A stretch of 32,000 nucleotides of DNA from Salmonella phage SP1. The notes under the pieces were generated by a model. The model did no database searches and was not told the origin of the DNA. It was given only the letters and a program-made list of their open reading frames with translations. Made by a program: the position numbers and the translations under genes. The DNA is taken from the sequence record MF001362.1; one strand, 5' to 3'. Numbering within the stretch: position 1 is the stretch's first letter; every line of letters starts with the position of its first letter. Below are positions 1 through 7,619 of this stretch, piece by piece.

Positions 1-112
1 GGTCGTTAACTTCAAAATCGTTAATAACGTCATTTTTACTTACTTTGTCGTCAACAGAACCCAATATCTGATCTATCTGCTGACCTGTATATTGACTCAG
101 GAAATCGGCCAT
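1..112 (-). CDS. N-terminus of a tail fibre/spike-like or structural protein (partial, runs off the left edge)
   Basis: Minus-strand ATG at 112 opens MADFLSQYTGQQIDQILGSVDDKVSKMTLL..., an IDQ-type N-terminus often seen in phage tail fibre proteins; it sits next to baseplate genes on the same strand. Confidence 0.45.
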   Translation of the reverse strand, partial: MADFLSQYTGQQIDQILGSVDDKVSKNDVINDFEVND

Positions 113-114
113 TT

Positions 115-969
115 TTAGCTCCTTGTGCTTTCTAGGAATACAGTAAATCCAGCAGGATGGAAATGCTGACGGAAGACGCGCTCAAACACACCTTCAAAAT
201 CAGATACGTCGCCTGGGACTCCTATAACATAAGTGTATTCATCATAATAGTAATCATCACGCATCCCTGTCGTGCCGTCACATTCAAAATTTCCGTCCAG
301 ACCGCCTATGTCTTCTTTCGTAAAATAGACGCTGACTGGACAACCGAAATATATCCAAAAGAACAATTCAATTGCTTTCTTGGTTCCGCGGATTTTATAG
401 ATATGTTTTAACAGTTTCAACCAACGCGGATGATCCAGAGTTCTTCGTTTAGTTCCTTCGATATAAACAGAGAACGTATCGCCCGTGGCCGTCAATAAAG
501 AATCCGAACCAACTGGGATAAAATGACCAAATTCCTGAAATGATTTATCAACAGTTCGTTGGAAACCAAAATCATTATACCAGTCATCTATCTGTTTGTT
601 CTTATCTTCTATTGACAGTAGCGGCCTTCCGTCAGCATCTAAAAGTTCTTCGGCGTCCAGAGCCATCATGTTCTCAAAGGTACGAACCAAGAATTTATCA
701 GACAAATAATCCTTGGCCTCTGAGCCTGGGGTCTTGTCAGCCTTTAAATCAATCAGCTGTTTAACTGGAGAATCTTCACTCTCGGGATTCATCCAACTAG
801 ACGTATCTGCCAGATATGCCAAGATCTCTTCTTGAGTGAACCCCTGCTGTCTATACAGCCAATTGAAGAACGTGTCCATAAATTCTATGAACAGAGGGAA
901 ATCATTCTGGTAGAACAACGGAGTTTCATACTTAACCCCGTTGTGTCCATTATTAAGATCTTTGGACAT
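115..969 (-). CDS. putative baseplate/tail structural protein
   Basis: Long ORF downstream of the gp6-like gene on the same strand. Likely start is MSKDLNNGHNG (969), not the upstream M at 1002, which lies inside the preceding gene. Confidence 0.55.
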   Translation of the reverse strand: MSKDLNNGHNGVKYETPLFYQNDFPLFIEFMDTFFNWLYRQQGFTQEEILAYLADTSSWMNPESEDSPVKQLIDLKADKTPGSEAKDYLSDKFLVRTFENMMALDAEELLDADGRPLLSIEDKNKQIDDWYNDFGFQRTVDKSFQEFGHFIPVGSDSLLTATGDTFSVYIEGTKRRTLDHPRWLKLLKHIYKIRGTKKAIELFFWIYFGCPVSVYFTKEDIGGLDGNFECDGTTGMRDDYYYDEYTYVIGVPGDVSDFEGVFERVFRQHFHPAGFTVFLESTRS

Positions 970-2734
970 AGCGCACCTCTGGCTTAACAACCACATCACC
1001 AATCTTGAATACTTGGTTTTGTGTAGCCTGTATGTTCTGGTTCAGTCCATCCGGTAACACGACTATGGTCACCCCTTCAGGGTTATAGTTAGAGACCGTG
1101 ATCTGCTGAAGGTCTACAACCCCATTTGCATAATCTACAACCCCTGTTTTTTGAACTAAAAACTCTTTTGTCGTGTCATTGTTATTCACTTTATACATGT
1201 TCAAATCGCCATTATTGTCGCGCATGTAGTAAGTGAAATCCACCTCGGCAGGAAGCGGTTTGAACCCCGTTATTTTCACAGAACCAGGTTTGATACTTCT
1301 TCCATAACTGAATGTAAAACTGTCTAAGACTCCATAATCGGGTTTGAAATGGCGTTTATAACCAACCGAAGTAATATTCGAGTTAATAGAACGCTCCATT
1401 TTTGTAATTGCTTCCTGCAATATTTCTTTGTCAAACAATTGGTCAAATCCGCCGAGATTATTTTCACCCCATTTAACGATACTGTTTCCAACAACAACTT
1501 TCATCTGTTCTTCAACGTAGACTGTAGAAGTAGGATCCCAAAATATAGTCGTTGAGACTTGGATATATGTGATCTCGGAATCTACCACTTTGGGGGTGAT
1601 AGATCCCACATTATACTTGTCCAGAGCAGCAACGATATCGGCCTTCTCAGCGTCCGAAAGTGTCTCACCAACAGAAGGTATAACAGCGATGTAAACATAG
1701 CCAGAATCAGGAGGAGACAGCGTGTCACCACCATATGATTTAGCTCGGGAGACGTTGGAGAATAACCTTTCAGTCAATACACCATAATCTGTTTCTGTAA
1801 CCGCAGCACCATCAGCCTGATAAGCTAAAGGAGCCAACCGTTTAGTGTCCTCAATAGATTCCGGATCGTCTCCACCTGCGCTACGTTCGGAAACCAATTC
1901 TACATCGACCTGGTTAAACCCGCCTATGGATGACGCTGATGACAGGCTTGTGATATCATTCCCATCAGCACCAGAAGTTTCTAAGTATTGAAGGAATATG
2001 ACGTTCCCATCTTCTACTCGACGCGAAAGATAACCATCTCCGAATTCAAACACATACAGACCATCAATACCCAATTCTACGAAATACAGGTAGGCATATT
2101 GGCTCAGATCAAATGGACTGTTGTAACGTTGATATGTCGTCGAAACGTCGGAAGACTCTGATTCTTGTACTTGCACGACCATATGATTGATATCGACATT
2201 CCCAGAAGGAATCGTATATGTTGAAATCGCGCTTCCTTCAACATCATATGTCTTGTACAACCAATTCCCCTGTATCAACTTTACATTGTTGAACATGTAA
2301 TAACCGTCTGCAGTCAACGTTGCCGACACTGGTTTCTCAACAGTAAAGTTGTAGGAACTGCCGTCTTTTGCCCCAACGAACATTACGCGCCGATCCATGA
2401 TGATCTCATTGGGGGCTGTGCTGGCGTCATAAGGCGTAACTTTGATGTTGACATACATGTATGCTGCCCGATAGTTGTCAGGCGTGTAGGAAAGAAATGC
2501 AGCAGATAAACCGACGTTTGAACGTTGATTTGCTGTCTTCAAATGGCCTTCACCATTAAGCATGTTTTGCATAAAGGCTATGGCGTTCGCGTCAGATGCC
2601 AACAAACGAATAATCGCACTAAGACCAGAACCTTCAAAGTCATAATCTTTAAAGGTGGGATCAGCTTTCATTCGCTGTTTGATAATGTACTCAAAGGCTC
2701 TGACGTCGAGTGAAGGAACTGTTTGCGTGGCCAT
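953..2734 (-). CDS. T4 gp6-like baseplate wedge protein
   Basis: Large ORF. Start chosen at MATQTVPSLDVRAFEYIIKQRM, with GGAG upstream (tgatGGAGattatcATG). Contains DFEGSGLSAIIRLLASDANAIAFMQNMLNGEGHLKTANQRSNVGLSA, resembling gp6-type wedge proteins. Confidence 0.7.
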   Translation of the reverse strand: MATQTVPSLDVRAFEYIIKQRMKADPTFKDYDFEGSGLSAIIRLLASDANAIAFMQNMLNGEGHLKTANQRSNVGLSAAFLSYTPDNYRAAYMYVNIKVTPYDASTAPNEIIMDRRVMFVGAKDGSSYNFTVEKPVSATLTADGYYMFNNVKLIQGNWLYKTYDVEGSAISTYTIPSGNVDINHMVVQVQESESSDVSTTYQRYNSPFDLSQYAYLYFVELGIDGLYVFEFGDGYLSRRVEDGNVIFLQYLETSGADGNDITSLSSASSIGGFNQVDVELVSERSAGGDDPESIEDTKRLAPLAYQADGAAVTETDYGVLTERLFSNVSRAKSYGGDTLSPPDSGYVYIAVIPSVGETLSDAEKADIVAALDKYNVGSITPKVVDSEITYIQVSTTIFWDPTSTVYVEEQMKVVVGNSIVKWGENNLGGFDQLFDKEILQEAITKMERSINSNITSVGYKRHFKPDYGVLDSFTFSYGRSIKPGSVKITGFKPLPAEVDFTYYMRDNNGDLNMYKVNNNDTTKEFLVQKTGVVDYANGVVDLQQITVSNYNPEGVTIVVLPDGLNQNIQATQNQVFKIGDVVVKPEVRYVQRS

Positions 2735-3087
2735 GATAATCTCCATCACCTGAGTTTGAATATGGTGTTGAAGATATTTAGCCAACGGGAATCAAAACGC
2801 TCGCGCGCGTTTAATTTATTCGAATATACTCGCGAGGGGGCTGACGCCCTCGCTCGTAACACCGCCTTGACAGGCAGTCCCATTCCACAGCCATGGAGGC
2901 TGCTTCTCGTTGTTCGTTAACACTCACAACTCGAAGGGCACCGCGTTAAGATACAGTTTCTTGATGTTGTAGAAAAGTAGTTTTTACCTATTAATAAACC
3001 GCGCTCCTATTTCGTTGGACTTTAATTCAATAACACCTTCACTAATATAGTAGTCCGGTCAATCAACCGTATATTAAGGAACCTCTC

Positions 3088-3660
3088 ATGCATATCAACA
3101 CCGCTGTATTAAAACACATCATCCCTTTATTAGAGAAATACGAAGGGAAGAAGGCGAAGGATATTTCATTTGAAGACATATCTGCTGAAGTGAAACGCCT
3201 GACACGTAAAGAAGTCAATTTCCGTCGAGTCCTTCCATCTGCGATCGATTTGGCAAAGTCTGATCTCAACACAGCTTCCACTTTCTCCTTTAACATTGAC
3301 GCCATGTCAACATTGGTGGCTGAATTAACCCAATCATCACAAGCTCGCCGTGACCGCTTCCGCCATTTGTGTGTTGAAAATCATTCCCACACTGATCGCA
3401 TCGGTATCAGACTCGAAGCAATCCGCTCCGAGGTGTGCTTCACGGTGAACTATATCCTGGAGCCGGAAACCCAGCACATTTATTTCGTGGCCATCATCGG
3501 CTTCTATGGCACATCCATTAATGGATGGGCTGAGCGCGTTGAATTAAAAGAGACGCTGAACAAACACAGCATCCCGTCTACCCATTATATGTCGCGTGAA
3601 GCCGCCCATGAATATGTGTATCTGCTAGAGCGCGATGTGAAGTTAAAAGTGTTAAAATAA
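3088..3660 (+). CDS. hypothetical protein
   Basis: 190-aa ORF preceded by aaGGAacctctcATG; no family recognised. Confidence 0.75.
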   Translation: MHINTAVLKHIIPLLEKYEGKKAKDISFEDISAEVKRLTRKEVNFRRVLPSAIDLAKSDLNTASTFSFNIDAMSTLVAELTQSSQARRDRFRHLCVENHSHTDRIGIRLEAIRSEVCFTVNYILEPETQHIYFVAIIGFYGTSINGWAERVELKETLNKHSIPSTHYMSREAAHEYVYLLERDVKLKVLK

Positions 3661-3717
3661 CGCTTTATTCAATAAATAATTGTAGTAAAGTTATTTTCAT
3701 GGAAGGGAGGGAACACT

Positions 3718-3864
3718 ATGTTTTACATGATGTTACTCCTCATCCTCCTGATCGGGATTACCTGCTCTCTCCTGGGTCGACCCGATCAGTCCGGTACACA
3801 GTCGCCCATTTCGGCGCATCCGGTTTTGAATGAAGGTTCGTCCGCACTGCTGTGGGCAGTGTAA
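3718..3864 (+). CDS. small hydrophobic protein
   Basis: ATG at 3718 with ggaGGGAGGgaacact upstream; MFYMMLLLILLIGITCSLLGRPDQSG..., an N-terminal hydrophobic segment with a cysteine (weak lipobox-like LIGITC). Confidence 0.5.
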   Translation: MFYMMLLLILLIGITCSLLGRPDQSGTQSPISAHPVLNEGSSALLWAV

Positions 3865-4068
3865 TTCAAAGGGGGGGGGAGGATTTTTCAAATTGGCTGG
3901 CTTGCAGTAAAGTATCAAACATGAGGGAAACAGCACAGTGTGAGTAGGCTTGAAACCGAAAACAGTGAACCCCTAGTCTCTGGGGCTTGTGTGAATAGAG
4001 GCGTAATAGCCACCTCGCTGGTGTCAGTGGACGCACTTGACCGTCGGAGAACGAAACTCCCTGTTGTA

Positions 4069-4157
4069 GCGTGATTAGCTCAGAATCAGAGAGCACCCTG
4101 TTGGCAAGTCGACACCAACATATAAGGGGAGGTCGGGGGCGCTAATCTCCATCACGC
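4069..4157 (+). ncRNA. tRNA-like element, non-canonical
   Basis: Acceptor-like GCGTGAT/ATCACGC and D-arm-like TA GCTC..GAGC. No normal anticodon arm; possible T-stem GGAGG/TCTCC encloses a 13-nt loop TCGGGGGCGCTAA rather than TTCRANN. Confidence 0.4.
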
Positions 4158-4160
4158 CGA

Positions 4161-4197
4161 CAACATTATGAGTCTTCATAGAGGGTTCATAATGTTG
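4161..4197 (+). repeat. 11-bp perfect inverted repeat (hairpin)
   Basis: CAACATTATGA - 15 nt - TCATAATGTTG. Confidence 0.8.
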
Positions 4198-4324
4198 CGT
4201 CAAAGGGCAACACGAGGATTCCTGTTGGTTGGATTAACTTGATTCATAGTTCCTGCTGATTCTTCCCGGATTCAGAAGAGCACCGACAGGACGAGGCCGG
4301 ATGCGTAAGTTCCGGCAAATCGAT

Positions 4325-4390
4325 GGTGAGGTGGTGCATTGGTGACACGGGGTAGCGCTCAGAAGTGTGGTTCGATTCCGCACCCTCGCC
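4325..4390 (+). ncRNA. short tRNA-like element, non-canonical (66 nt)
   Basis: GGTGAGG/CCTCGCC acceptor-like pairing (one G.U) and T-arm GTGTGG TTCGATT CCGCAC. Too few bases remain for a complete anticodon arm plus variable loop. Confidence 0.4.
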
Positions 4391-4453
4391 AACAAAATAA
4401 AAGGTTTTATCAATAACGGGTTACAAAGTATAGTTAACTCACTGAACGGCAAG

Positions 4454-4518
4454 CTGTTTGAGTCCTGGCCACTCATAACGATGTGAGACCAAGACAGGTA
4501 GGTTTAGGACTCAAACAG
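4454..4518 (+). repeat. 13-bp perfect inverted repeat upstream of the HNH gene
   Basis: CTGTTTGAGTCCT - 39 nt - AGGACTCAAACAG. Confidence 0.8.
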
Positions 4519-4596
4519 GTTTTCGTTCTCCAGGATTATAACTGGGAAAACTTTGAAGCGTTGTCGTTTGCATTCCAACATATCAGGAGTGCAAAT

Positions 4597-5067
4597 ATGA
4601 AAGAGTTCAGTTGTGAGCAGGTTCGTCACTGGTTTGATTATGATCCGGATACTGGCGAATTGACTTGGAAGAATCCTCGTTCACGAAGATGTCAACCTGG
4701 TCAGAAAGTGGGCAGTGTCTCCAATGATGGTTATCTTGTCGTTGGGTTGGCGGGTAAACCCAGACTTGTTCATAAAGTTATTTGGTATTATATTACTGGT
4801 CACTGGCCGGAGTATCCGGAAGAAGTAATAGATCACATCGACCGAAACAGGTTGAATAACAAGTGGTCAAACTTGAGAATTGGAACCGTCACTGAAAATG
4901 CTCAGAACAGGTCTACCAATAAGAATTCGAGCACTGGTTGTAAGGGTGTGTCCTTCGATAATAAGACAGGAACATACTACGTGCAGAAGCAGAGAAATAA
5001 TATACGGTTTGTTAAGCGGTATATTAGAACTCTGGAGGAAGCATGCCAAATCTACACAGTGTTGTAA
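4597..5067 (+). CDS. HNH homing endonuclease with C-terminal AP2-like segment
   Basis: MKEFSCEQVRHWFDYDPDTGELTWKN... HKVIWYYITGHWPEYPEEVIDHIDRNRLNNKWSNLRIGTVTENAQNR... GCKGVSFDNKTGTYYVQ is a typical HNH_3/AP2-like arrangement. AGGAG precedes the ATG at 4597. Confidence 0.9.
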   Translation: MKEFSCEQVRHWFDYDPDTGELTWKNPRSRRCQPGQKVGSVSNDGYLVVGLAGKPRLVHKVIWYYITGHWPEYPEEVIDHIDRNRLNNKWSNLRIGTVTENAQNRSTNKNSSTGCKGVSFDNKTGTYYVQKQRNNIRFVKRYIRTLEEACQIYTVL

Positions 5068-5225
5068 CCGTGGTTTTCGTTTTCGTTGTGCGTGACTTTG
5101 CGGGTTTTTAGAAACTGACCACAAAAAATAATCGCTAATGATAACACGTTCCTGGCAGTAGCTTAACAGCCATACACCAGTGAGGTCTTCCGATTCCTCA
5201 TCATCAAATTCGGCGCACTAAAATA

Positions 5226-5256
5226 GACGGGAGGGTGTGATTAATAATCTCCCGTC
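5226..5256 (+). repeat. 8-bp perfect hairpin
   Basis: GACGGGAG - 15 nt - CTCCCGTC. Confidence 0.7.
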
Positions 5257-5355
5257 GACGATGAGCGGAGCAGGTGCTTAAACAGGTTTCAGGCGTGAGC
5301 CAGCCCCTGATTTGGGGAGCACCCTGGGAGGTTCGATTCCTCCCTCCAATCCCAA

Positions 5356-5482
5356 AGCCGTTATATCTGACTGTCCAAAGGGGATAAGCTCCTGAGTAAG
5401 CAGAGGTGGGTTGCCTAAGTCAGATGGGATGTAAGGTCAGCGCTGGCCAAGCATTTGGGTTCGACTCCCTAAAACGGCTCCA
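5356..5482 (+). ncRNA. tRNA-like structured element of about 127 nt
   Basis: AGCCGTT(5356-5362)/AACGGCT(5473-5479) immediately followed by CCA; internal 7-bp helix ATCTGAC/GTCAGAT; T-arm-like TTTGGG TTCGACT CCCTAAA. Too long for a normal tRNA and no canonical anticodon arm is apparent. Confidence 0.45.
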
Positions 5483-5569
5483 CATCTTAGAGGACATTGA
5501 CAGGTGGAAGCATTTGGCGCCAAATGCTCGTGGCGGGTTCGAGTCCCGTGCAGTGTCCTCTAAGATGTG
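5481..5569 (+). ncRNA. tRNA-like hairpin with a 19-bp closing helix
   Basis: CACATCTTAGAGGACATTG / CAGTGTCCTCTAAGATGTG (one G.U) encloses the 20-nt perfect palindrome AGCATTTGGCGCCAAATGCT and T-arm GCGGG TTCGAGT CCCGT; only 9 nt occupy the D-arm position. Confidence 0.55.
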
Positions 5570-5614
5570 AGCGAAGTCTTACCAATTACCCTGATCTCTG
5601 GCAAGTGAAGGGCA

Positions 5615-5750
5615 ACGCAAATCGAAGTTCTCTGGGTATATCTTTTAACCCTCAAGGTCTGTACACAGAAGTGGCCGTCCCATGAGTAAGTTAGGCGATA
5701 TACAACATGTTGGGTCGAACCTGTTAAGCCCAGAGAACTTCGATTTGCGT
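5615..5750 (+). ncRNA. structured RNA element with a 22-bp perfect closing helix
   Basis: ACGCAAATCGAAGTTCTCTGGG / CCCAGAGAACTTCGATTTGCGT exact complement; inner TATATC/GATATA helix; hairpin AACATGTT GGGTCG AACCTGTT near the 3' side. Confidence 0.6.
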
Positions 5751-5945
5751 ACTTGAGAGAGCGTTGTATGAAATAGGGCAATGCCTTGCAGACCTCGACG
5801 CCTACACATTCTAGACACTGGTGGGCGCTGGCGAAGATCTCAATATAAGCTGGTCATCAAGGGTAGCTCCCTGACTAGACGAACAATGAGAGGCCGAACT
5901 AAGGGGAAACCCGAGACAGGCGCAGTATTTTCAAGTTCGCAAAAC

Positions 5946-5973
5946 AGTGATCATCCTGACAAGTGTGATCACT
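5946..5973 (+). repeat. 8-bp perfect hairpin
   Basis: AGTGATCA - 12 nt - TGATCACT. Confidence 0.7.
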
Positions 5974-6132
5974 CTTCGATAGAGACATTACATCGTGGCT
6001 ATCAACCACATCCTCGCTCTAGTGATGAGTGGTGTCATGTTTCTGTCGGCCAGCCTCGTTTGGTCCGAGCGATAGAGGACAAGTGCTGAAGCGAGACGAA
6101 GACGCTGAAGTGCGAGTTGTGACATTTGGTTG

Positions 6133-6210
6133 CAACTTTGATGGCTCTGGATTTTATAAACCATGTCTATGGGTGACGCGGGATCTTTAGTACCAGAGCC
6201 ATCAAAGTTG
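6133..6210 (+). ncRNA. structured element with an 18-bp perfect closing helix
   Basis: CAACTTTGATGGCTCTGG - 42 nt - CCAGAGCCATCAAAGTTG. Confidence 0.6.
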
Positions 6211-6416
6211 TGTCCAACCCGATCTTGCAAGCCCGTATCCCTGTATGGTCAAGACTTGCAAGTGGAAAGCCCTGGAAAAATAAACGCCTGTGGTGAGGCT
6301 ACGGTGCAAGCCAAAGACCCACAGAAGCGCGTTGCCGTGAGGCGCACAAACAGGCATGCATGAACTGATCATGCACAAACGGGATAAAGGGTTGAGAGAC
6401 CTTGGTTGGACACAAC
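6207..6416 (+). ncRNA. multi-branched structured element closed by a 13-bp perfect helix
   Basis: GTTGTGTCCAACC / GGTTGGACACAAC separated by 184 nt, with internal helices CTGTGG/CCACAG, GGCT/AGCC, GCC-GTGA-GGC, TGCATG/CATGCA and CTTGCAAG/CTTGCAAG. Confidence 0.5.
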
Positions 6417-6543
6417 ATACAATTAATCCATAACGGGAGAAGCAATATGACTTGGCGACAGCGCGGATACAAAACCGTAGAATTGATTTAAAATTGCCGG
6501 CGCCCTGGTTGAGTGAGAGATCACTGCCGAAACCAGGAGGAAT

Positions 6544-6567
6544 GTGGGAGGGTAAATACCCTCCCAC
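6544..6567 (+). repeat. 10-bp perfect hairpin with tetraloop
   Basis: GTGGGAGGGT AAAT ACCCTCCCAC; no following T-run. Confidence 0.7.
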
Positions 6568-6577
6568 AGACCAAGAA

Positions 6578-6615
6578 CATATATGTTTGTGTATTTTTGT
6601 GCATAAACATATATG
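6578..6615 (+). repeat. 11-bp perfect hairpin directly abutting tRNA-Met
   Basis: CATATATGTTT - 16 nt - AAACATATATG; the last G is nucleotide 1 of the tRNA. Confidence 0.75.
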
Positions 6616-6690
6616 GTCCTGTAGCTCAGTGGTTAGAGCAGTCGACTCATAATCGATTGGTCATTGGTTCAAACCCAATCAGGATCACCA
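6615..6690 (+). tRNA. tRNA-Met (anticodon CAT)
   Basis: Full cloverleaf: GGTCCTG TA GCTC AGTGGTTA GAGC A GTCGA CTCATAA TCGAT TGGTC ATTGG TTCAAAC CCAAT CAGGATC A CCA. Confidence 0.95.
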
Positions 6691-6915
6691 TATTAAGGGG
6701 CGATAGTTTAAGGGATAGCTGTCCGGACGGCGAGTCCCCAGAGAGAACAGCTGGAGGCCAATCCAGCAGGTGAGGTGAAAAGCCTCAGACCCCGCCAATA
6801 TTTGTTGGACTGCCAACAAGCTCTGGTCTACGGCAGGCGAGATGGGGTCGCGGGATTAAAATACCGCCTCGGGAGCACCTAAATAAACCAGTTGTTCAAT
6901 AAACAATTGGTGAGT

Positions 6916-7116
6916 ATGATGAAAACGTTCGGTGATTTTCTTACTGAGTGGGATGGTCTCGCTACCGACAACAAAGAGATTGTTGAGTTTGTTGAAAAGC
7001 GAGGCGATAAGTGGGTTGTCCTTGACCACACCAAGACTAAAGTTCTTGGGACACATGACACCAAAGCTGACGCGGACGCCCAATTAAGGGCGATCGAAGC
7101 GAATAAACATAGTTGA
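6916..7116 (+). CDS. small protein with T4 internal-protein-like N-terminus
   Basis: M(M)KTFGDFLTEWDGLATDNKEIVEFVEKRG...; tandem ATGs at 6916 and 6919 downstream of GGTGAG. Confidence 0.65.
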   Translation: MMKTFGDFLTEWDGLATDNKEIVEFVEKRGDKWVVLDHTKTKVLGTHDTKADADAQLRAIEANKHS

Positions 7117-7129
7117 AGGGTTCTATATT

Positions 7130-7264
7130 ATGAAGAATATTTGGGTGGTGATTTCCAACAGAATTCGCGCTAGTTGGGAAGGTCGGATGGTGAGCATCAA
7201 GAACGGGTCTCATCCAAAAACTTACGATCGTTATGATCCTGCCCTGGGTCTTCATGCAGAATAA
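7130..7264 (+). CDS. small hypothetical protein (44 aa)
   Basis: MKNIWVVISNRIRASWEGRMVSIKNGSHPKTYDRYDPALGLHAE*, 14 nt after the previous ORF with GAAGGG upstream. Confidence 0.5.
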   Translation: MKNIWVVISNRIRASWEGRMVSIKNGSHPKTYDRYDPALGLHAE

Positions 7265-7292
7265 AGAATGTTTATACGAAAGTAAGAATAGA

Positions 7293-7368
7293 GACGATGT
7301 AGTTCAGTCGGTAGAACGGTGGACTGTTAATCCATATGTCGCAGGTTCAAGTCCTGCCATCGTCGCCA
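7293..7368 (+). tRNA. tRNA-Asn (anticodon GTT)
   Basis: GACGATG TA GTTC AGTCGGTA GAAC G GTGGA CTGTTAA TCCAT ATGTC GCAGG TTCAAGT CCTGC CATCGTC G CCA. Confidence 0.95.
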
Positions 7369-7481
7369 AATTGAAGTAGAGTATCTCGAAGCGCCTTCGG
7401 AAGTGCGAATCGCGCGATAGCTGCCAATGTAAGGCTGCAGGATACAGATACCCAGGGGAGTGAGACCTACTTCATACGATT

Positions 7482-7540
7482 TCAGAGTGTAGAGGCTACA
7501 GTAGTGCGCACCTCACGGAAAGCTACACCGGACACTCTGA
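7482..7540 (+). repeat. 9-bp perfect closing inverted repeat
   Basis: TCAGAGTGT - 41 nt - ACACTCTGA. Confidence 0.65.
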
Positions 7541-7547
7541 TACAAAA

Positions 7548-7619
7548 TCTACCACCGCGTGGATTAGCTGAGGAAGGATGGCCGATGTCCTCAAGCGTGG
7601 CCCAGCACGTGGTGGTAGA
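7548..7619 (+). ncRNA. structured element with a 14-bp closing helix
   Basis: TCTACCACCGCGTG / CACGTGGTGGTAGA (one G.U) with an internal 6-bp helix TGAGGA/TCCTCA. Confidence 0.5.

Noticed and set aside
4483-4596. Extended N-terminus of the HNH ORF in the ORF track
   Set aside because: The ATG at 4597 has an AGGAG site and gives the normal HNH domain start; the upstream part overlaps the 13-bp inverted repeat and looks non-coding.
6447-6491. 14-codon ORF MTWRQRGYKTVELI with a good Shine-Dalgarno, considered as a leader peptide or tmRNA-like tag
   Set aside because: Too short to support; no ALAA-like tag end and no tmRNA pseudoknot/TLD arrangement recognised around it.
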